Assembly (NCBI RefSeq): GCF_009914755.1
Contig: NC_060929.1
Strand: one strand, 5' to 3'
Origin: the human T2T-CHM13v2.0 reference genome, Homo sapiens
DNA: 64,000 bases
In this document: positions 56,346 to 64,000 of the stretch, in pieces
How positions within the stretch are numbered: the first letter of the stretch is position 1
Layout: each line of letters opens with the position of its first letter
Made by a program: the position numbers and the translations under genes
The notes under the pieces: model-generated
Seen by the model: only the letters and a program-made list of their open reading frames with translations
The model's database searches: none
Told to the model about the DNA's origin: nothing

Positions 56346-58019
56346 AAACTTGAGATTTGAAGTGATCAGTCCCTAGGGAAATTTCCCATACATCTTTAGC
56401 CAAAATTATTGTACTCATTTTTAAGCTTAATCCTCTTTTCTTTCATAGAGAACTTATATTACACATAAAGTAATTAAATTCCCTGACAGCTCTTTTTTAG
56501 TTTTTAAATTAATGGCCCATGTTGGCAGTCCGTATTTTGGAAAGGGACAAAGTCAACTTTTTAATAACGGTTGTAGTAACTGAAACCTTAGAATGTCAAT
56601 TAACTTGATTTCCTTTAGGTCATAATTTTTAGTGCTTTTTGCTAACAAAAGAGGAGGTTATTTATTTGGCAATAAAGTTGTCTTCTCTTACATAAAATGT
56701 GCTCTGTGCAGAACTCTGCCTCTCGCTGGGTCCTGGCATAAGTACACCATCTGGATCTATCACGGGACCGTTTAAAGGGAAAAACAACCTTACGCTTTGC
56801 TTTTGGTGTTTTAAGAAGAATATGAAGCCTAACGTGGGCCCATAAATGCCAGACTCCCCTCTGCAGCAGTTGGTGAGAGAGCCGTTGGAGCGCCTGAGAC
56901 AGTTTTCTCTGGGTGCCCTGGATATAGCATCTTGATTTTTATAGTAGTTAATTGTCTTAAACTCAGAAAGAAACTAGAAGTCTGTGCTGTTTTCACGTTC
57001 TTTTTCCTTTGAGGATTTTAAAATTTTATTATGCAACAAATGTGGAGGTGGGGACAAAACCAAAATTTTAACTTTTTTTTAACTGAGGAAGTAAAAAAAG
57101 GCAACATTCTTCTTAGCAAAGCCATAAAAAACAGCACAAATAAAATTGTTTATACTGTCAAGTTAGATAAAGCAGACATGAGAAAAATTATTAATATAAA
57201 GAATTCAAGATAGTACATGTTTTCTTAAGGTTCAACAAAGAACACTTCCTCAAAGAAATTGTAAGCAGCTCAGAGCCACACTACAGGTTGAGATATGTGG
57301 CGAATATTCCAGGTGACTTTTCGTCAGACCAAGGCAAGGGCATCCAGGTCTAGTGTGGAGGGCACCGAGGAACAGGGGAGCGCACACACACCACAGAAGC
57401 TGGAAGTCAGACCCGACAGTTCCCACGCAGTGGACATTCTCCTCTGAAGCCATTGTGTGGTGTGGGACAAGGGAGCGAACATATGGAAACTTTCAAAGAG
57501 AGAGTAAGAATGTTTCTCCGCTAAGGAAAAGATCCAATTTCCAAGGAAGACAAGAAAGAACTTCTAAGATACGCTTTCCTAAAAACTCCTTATAGTTCGC
57601 ATGCAAGAATTTACATTTTCAGTTCTCTGGCTGCTTCCTGTGAGGAAGAATGAAGATATGTTTTTAATAAGTGAGGAGCGGCATTACAGCACAGTGATGT
57701 AACCAGTTGGCTATTAGGCCGCATTACATTTCTTTTTTTTTATCAAGTCACATCAGGAGGTGCTGTTTGGTGTGTGAGTCTCAGGGCGGACCTCCCTCCA
57801 GATGTACACAAAGCCCAAGTCAGGGAAGCCATTCAGAACGGCCTGCGTGGGGAGGGCAACTGTCACTTCACATTTCACTGAGTAAGGAAATTGCAGCTCT
57901 GGCTAGTGCAGGCGGGGAGAGACATCTGGTTTCCAGGGTGCCTGAAGAATTTCCTTGAGCTCCAATTAGAGTCAGTGTGGTAGAATGAAATCCACCGCGT
58001 CTGGGTATTCCCACTTGTG

Positions 58020-58279
58020 AAACCCAACTGCAGCGCGCGCGCGCGCGCTCAGACGCCAGCGAGGGAGAGGCGCGCGCTGGGCCGGGCCGTGGGCTGGCGC
58101 CGGCCGCTGAGCAACACGCTGCCAGTCTGTGTGCCTGTCCCTGTCGCGTCCCAGTCTGTGTCTGAGTGTCTGTTTAGCTGGTCGCTGCTTTTGCTGCCAA
58201 GCGGGTGGCTCTAGCTGCTGTGGAGGGAGAGGTAGGATAGGGGTTCTGCACCTTTAGCCTCCAGTCGGCTCCAGTCACC
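58020..58279 (+). promoter_or_regulatory. Small CpG-rich internal promoter / 5' leader region containing a (GC)8 tract
   Basis: Abrupt local rise in CpG density in otherwise CpG-depleted intron; gcgcgcgcgcgcgcgc at 58033-58048 and ggcgcgcgc at 58069-58077. Confidence 0.7.
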
Positions 58280-58391
58280 ATGCCCAACGGATTGAAGCCA
58301 GTGGACACGCTGGACTCGCTGTCCTCTGTCAGTTCAGCCTACTGCAGCGGCGGGCAGCCGGGCACCTGCAAGTACTGGATCCTCGACCTAG
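58280..58391 (+). CDS. TRIO: Probable coding part of an alternative (internal-promoter) TRIO first exon: MPNGLKPVDTLDSLSSVSSAYCSGGQPGTCKYWILDL, phase-1 donor
   Basis: Kozak gtcaccATG; in-frame upstream TAG at 58238; ATG-free CpG-rich leader; donor TAG|gtacac in the same phase (1) as the SH3 exon donor. The downstream partner exon is outside the window. Confidence 0.6.
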
Positions 58392-59829
58392 GTACACAAG
58401 CTCTCTGCAGATGCTCGGGCTGGCGCTGCTTTCTCTCTGCCTGCTTTCTTTCCAGTGGCTGCGCAGTGATTGACATGTGCTTTAAAACAGAAATGTTTTG
58501 TGCTTGGAACCTGAAACGTGTTCCGTGGTGACCACCTTGGGAGGGGGCTGTGTCTGGGAGATGGTTTATGGGGGGGCCACTGGGAATGTGAGGAGCAACT
58601 GGGAACAGAGCACTGCACATCCATTGTGTGTTGTAAGACCTTTTTAATATCTGGGGACTGCTTTTTATTATCCCTTTTTCTTATAAATGGCATGTAAAGA
58701 GTGTAAAGTAATCTGTGCTACAAATTGCCTTATGATTTTAGTTGGCTTTATGTCTGTTTCAGGTTTAATTTTGTTTGGAGGTTTTCAGACTAGAGAAAAC
58801 AACATGTCCTAACATATTTAGACTCTGGCTCTCCATGAGAACTACAGCCATATGATAAGATAATACAAAGTTAGCTGGGGAGAGGGATGCTTCCAACGTT
58901 GCCATTGTATTCAAGGGAGTGTCTGTGCCAGATTCTGGCTTTATCTGCGGAACTAGGGAAAAGACGTGAAGATGTGATTCCTGCAAAGGTTATTTGAGAG
59001 GTCGGTAAGCTTCACTTTGAGGAAAAGGCAACAGGATACAAAAGAGACAAGGTGAGGGGAGTTGGGTCTGCAGATGCCCATGGAATGCTGCCCTGTTCCA
59101 GAGGCCAGCTTTGTTTCAGTAACCTTTGACAGCTCTCTGTCCAGACCATACAGCCGAAAAAAGGAGTCTCTCACAGGGTGCCACCTGCATGCCAGCAGGA
59201 ATGCTCTCTACCAGAATTTGGGTCTTGGCCTGGGTCACTTTCAGTGTTTGCCTTCACTTTCTTGTCAGCCGTTATCCGCGTATATGCTTCGGAAGTGGGC
59301 GGCAAGACGCAGAGAGCCAAGGGGATTTGCTGAGACTTAACGGGGCACTTCCAGTTCATTAAGAGCTCTATGGAGAAGGGTCTTTCGGGGTGCAGGGATC
59401 CCCCAAAGAAAGGGGGTAGGGTGTCGGATCAAAAGGGGGGCACAGAAAATATGTATTGGGCATCTGAAGGGGAAGTGGCGCTGCTTAACTCTACCCATTT
59501 GTTCATGGAATACTAGGAGGTAAGAGTTGGCTGCGTGAATGTTGCATGTGTGGTTCTCAACATCATTTTCAATAATACTCCTTGTATTTTTGTTCACAAA
59601 ACCTTTAAAAAGTCTTTGACCCTGGGCTCTTTTTGTCATATTTATGCTAATTGTTTTACCACTCGAAGATGGTGACCTCCCTGTCTGCAGGTGTGCAAGC
59701 TGGGTAGGTCCCTCGGGGACCCTGTGCGCTAGGAATTCCTGCACTGGGTGGGTTAAAGTAGATGATGCATCTGCTCTCCTAATTTAATGTAGTAATTTCT
59801 GTGCAGTGCAAAGAACAACTGGTCACATG

Positions 59830-59960
59830 AAAAGTCTGATTTGATGCCTCAGCCGCTAGCTAGCTCTGAATCTTGAGTAAATTACCTTCTCTCTCTGAAC
59901 TTCTCTTTCTTTGTCTGCAAAGTGGGAGTAACAATAGAGCACGCCCCTCAGGATATCATA
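59830..59960 (+). mobile_element. MIR fragment
   Basis: ctagctctgaatcttgagtaaattaccttctctctctgaac...tctgcaaagtgggagtaacaatag. Confidence 0.6.
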
Positions 59961-61489
59961 AACATCCCCAAAGTTTAGAACAAAATATTTTAATGAACAA
60001 TTTTTCTAAAGAGTAATGGATCTTAAGACATAGCATTCTTTCTGTAGAGGGAATTTTTGAATCTTAGTGGTATCTTAATTCCTTCAGAATTCTTCTCAAG
60101 GGACATTATTAAATTCGCTTTTTAAAGTACTAGAGGATAATTGTGCTGTTACATTTTTTGTTTCTCTCTATATATTTTTGTTGGTAATTCTTAAACTATT
60201 AAGAAGCTCTAGGTGGTGTTCTTCAAGCTGTCACCTCAGAATTTTTAAGCTAGGAAAAATTCGTAAGAAAAATTGATGACCCGTGTGGAATTTCCTGAAC
60301 AAAAAATGATCACTTCACCATAAAGGATAGATAAGAAAAAGCGAAATTCGTGCATATGCGTGTGTGTGTAGAAAGTGCCTGCCCATCCTTTTCTAACGCT
60401 TATAGTAATTTCAAGACAATTTCCTGAATGCTGTTATATCAGAGTGATGTTTTAATATTCTGATTTTACCTATTAAATTGATTATGGGGAAATACATATG
60501 CATCACATTTTAAAAGGAAGAATGATTCTGGGTAATATCCAAGAAATAAATCCCAAAGTAACTTTACAGTGCCCATGAAATCACTGAGTGTGATTGCAAA
60601 GCCCGTCTTACACCTGCAAGCAGTCTGGGGCTTCATGTGTTAGAGTACTTTGGGAAAAGGCAGTTTTCCTGCTTCCTGAAGTTCATTGGGGCATCCCCCT
60701 GTCCAAATGTGAACCAGTCTTGCTTGGAGTAATCTGCACAGAAGCCTGTTTTATGTGCTGACATTGCCATTGTCAATAACTTACACAGACATGAGCCAGG
60801 AGAGTTTTACTGCTAAGCGATTGTTAAGAAAATAAGAGAAGGTAAGGTCAAGAAGAACTGTAAATCTTCTTTTATGACGTTTCCAATGGGAGAGCCTAGT
60901 TCTACGGATAAGAGAGTGGAACTATTGGGTTGGTTATCATTCTGAAATCAGTATTCCCTTTTATAGGACAGATGGAATCTATTCCAGTGCTATACGTATT
61001 CCCCTGACTCAAGCTCAGGAAAAACATAATCTGGTGACTCTCCTTAACACTGAACAGACTCTTACACAAAGTGAACTGTGTGCTTTATAATTCTTGAATT
61101 CTCTTGAAGTCTTTTTTTTTTTTTTCTTTCTGTTTGGGTTAGGAATATGGATTCTCACCACTGCAATTTTTGTTTTTATAAATTAAAGGGAAACATTCCA
61201 AAGACTAAATATAGGATAAAGAAATTTCTTTGCTGAAGAAATACATAATATGAACCTATTCTGAAAGTATCCAAGTGGATGAACAGTACTGCCTCAAATT
61301 AAAGCTGTCAGTACATGGAATATTCAGTTTCACATGAATAAACAAAAACCACAGAAGTACTTGTCACAATGTTGGATTGTTTCGACTGTGAAGACTGATT
61401 GTGTCACACAAGTTGCTGTGCAAACTAAATTCTATCTCAAATCGTTTTTTGCCCTTTAAGTATCTTTAAGTGAATGGTTTAAGACAGGA

Positions 61490-61620
61490 TGTGCAGTATA
61501 GGATAGTGGGAATGGTGTGTTGCTGTAGAAGCCAGTTTGTCCCTGCTCACCCCTACCTGTGTGATCTTATAAGTTCTTGATAATCTCGCTGAGCTGCAGT
61601 TTCCTCATGTGTTTAAAACA
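61490..61620 (+). mobile_element. MIR fragment
   Basis: ctgtgtgatctt...taatctcgctgagctgcagtttcctcatgtgt. Confidence 0.55.
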
Positions 61621-63979
61621 AACAAACAAAAGAAGATAGAGAATGCTCGCTATTATGGTTATTATGCTCTCCAAAATCTACATTGAAGGTTCTATTTCAT
61701 TTTAAGCAAACTGCATTTTAAAAATAATTTTGTTCCCTTGCTTCCATGTTAAACACGAAAAAAGAGTGTTACACATTGAATTTGTATATATTTTTAGCCA
61801 AGAAGCAAAGAAACTTGAAGTTATTTGGTATTATAGCCTTTTTTAGAGTGAATATAAAATCTTGAAATATTAGAATGTTTTTGAAGTTAATATTAAAATT
61901 AGACTGAAACCTCCCCCAAAAAGTGCCCAAGAAACCCACAGGTCCCAGGTTAGGAGCCTTCAGGCAAAGTGGCTTTTCCTAGTTTTGGAATTCTTTTCTT
62001 ATTTCTAGACAAGGAGCAGGCACCCTCCTCGTTTAACTGTAATCTGTCTTTGGTATGTGCTCTTTCTAAGTATATCTCTTCACTAGATTTTGGGGGAACA
62101 CAAATTTATAGTTTTTCATTCTGAAAAATTTCCTCCAGGTGCTCAAAGTTGGCCTCAGGGACACGTGAGCAAGTCCATAAACAGAGTGAGTCGGCCTGGG
62201 AGCTGGGTAACAAGCCATGGAATTCATCCATGGAGTCTTCCTCATTTCCTCTTCCTGTCTCCAAGGAGTGGCAGTGGGGGCTGGGCAGCCATAAAGATGC
62301 TCCTATTAATTTTTTGCAATTCTCATATAAAACCATACAAATATGAGCAAACCACATACCCCCCGCCAAATATCTAGTTTCTCTGAAACTATATGTGCTA
62401 AGTGGAAAACTCCCAGACAGAGCGAGCAGCAGAAGGGAACATAGCACCCTTAGGCAGCCACTAATCACGTTGGACACATCTTCTAGTCTGTTTATATGTA
62501 AAATGATGCTTCTTTTGTTGATACTTTTAATATTTGACTATAAGAAACCATCTCAATCATATCCATTGTCCAGTTTCTCAGATGCGCAGTTGAGAAACCT
62601 TGCTATTGCTACTTCTTGTTAAAATCAACAATTCCTTCTGTAGTGAAATGGACCTGTACCTATCAGCATGAGAAGACTAGAATTATTCTTCTGTCTAAGG
62701 ATACAGCCTTTGAAAAACTTCTGAGACAAAATATATTAGCCCTAAGGCAACTTCCCCTTCCTCTTTTATCCTTGAAAGCTGATGGATTATGGTAAGAAGT
62801 GGCCCAAGGGCACAGAAGCAGGCGTGCAGTTGAGTAAGGAACTCTTCCATAATAAAAAGGGGATGTGCTTATTATGACATAGGAACTGAACATGGAATGT
62901 TTTTCCCTTTGTCTCTCTCCAGTTAAAAAGAAAGACAGCACAGTGCCCACCACAGGCACTCTGAGCCCCAGCCCCACGCAGGGGCGGTCTGCTTATTTCC
63001 CACTGTCGCCTCCGGTCTGTGGCCGTGCCTTTCATCACACCACGGGCACTGATTCAGCCAAGGACAAGATCCGTGCTGTTAATTGGTGTTCTTAGCAGAG
63101 GCGTTCCTTTCATTCCCTTTGTCTCCATCTCCGCGCTTGCTTTGTTCCTGCCTGGAATAACTCCAGCCCTCCCTCCCTCCCTCGCTCCCTTCCTCTATCC
63201 TCACTGTGATCACTCCGAGGCTTGACAGGCAGGGAAGAGTTCCTCACAGGAAGACTTAACAACAGGAAGGTGCGGGACATTCTTAGAAAGCCGCCTTCTC
63301 CCCAGGCACTGGCAGCACTGGAGAGACAGCGTTTGAACCCCATGTGGGATACATGGAGAACTCCAAAAGCAGTTGCTCCAGCCCTCTTTTCTTTTTGTCT
63401 TTGGCCTTTATTGTTGTGGTGGTTTTAGTATGTGATAACCCAAAAAAGTGGGAGACAGCTCTCAATAAATGACAAAATGGTGATTTGAAAAATAAAATGC
63501 AGTGCCATTCAGTGCATGTGGGTGGGCAGGGGGAAGAGAGGGGGACAAGATGTCATAAAATCAAATTAGTTCAGGTCTTGGTGTTGCATCCCGTAATGCT
63601 TTGTGTGCTTGGGAGTAGATGGTACCTGTGGGGTGCATGCACCTGGGGGCGCTTTACCTCCTCCAGTCTGTGCGACATGTCTTCATCCTGTTTCCAAGTG
63701 CTTATTAGCTTTAGTTGAGCAGCATTTTCCTTTTGATGGGGGAGTTACTCAAATATAATTGTAAAAGGAATTCCTAATTGGTTACAGCTTTTGTTTCTTT
63801 GTTTTTGAATTAACCAGGGACTGTATAATATAATGTACTAGATATTTGCTTTGTGGTTTATTGGGGGGAAATAATCTTCTGGTTCCTCATTCTACATAGC
63901 TGTAGCTCTTTCTAAGCTAATATTCCATCCCTTGAAACTCTGAAACTTTAGCTAACCTTTGCTGTAGACAGTGTAAAGT

Positions 63980-64000
63980 GGCTGGGCGTGGTGGCTCACA
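63980..64000 (+). mobile_element. 5' start of an Alu (runs off the window)
   Basis: ggctgggcgtggtggctcaca. Confidence 0.85.

Noticed and set aside
62960-63300. Mildly CpG-enriched patch with a GC box, a possible second internal promoter
   Set aside because: No clear ATG/donor architecture and low CpG density; may be an enhancer but cannot be supported from sequence

Overview
Human (primate) genomic DNA lying entirely within the TRIO gene (Trio Rho guanine nucleotide exchange factor) on the + strand. Thirteen GT-AG coding exons (4453-37038) splice in consistent phase. They encode the end of the spectrin region, the Rac1/RhoG GEF1 module (DH1-PH1) and the first SH3 domain; by my recollection these are about exons 22-34 of the canonical mRNA. 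The rest is intron containing Alu, L1, L2, MIR, MaLR/ERV LTRs, MER20, a MADE1 and a ~1.1 kb G-rich minisatellite. Most notable features: (1) a CpG-rich internal promoter with a (GC)8 tract and a Kozak-ATG first exon (58280-58391) whose phase-1 donor matches the preceding canonical exon, predicting a GEF1-less, Duet-like TRIO isoform; (2) a diverged 65-bp genomic copy of the SH3 exon's 3' end plus donor region 1.7 kb downstream, with the GT destroyed; (3) an in-frame read-through plus AATAAA after the SH3 exon; (4) closely spaced inverted Alus around DH1 exons; (5) a MADE1 hairpin. Most ORFs in the supplied track are not real genes. Repeat subfamily names were assigned by eye.
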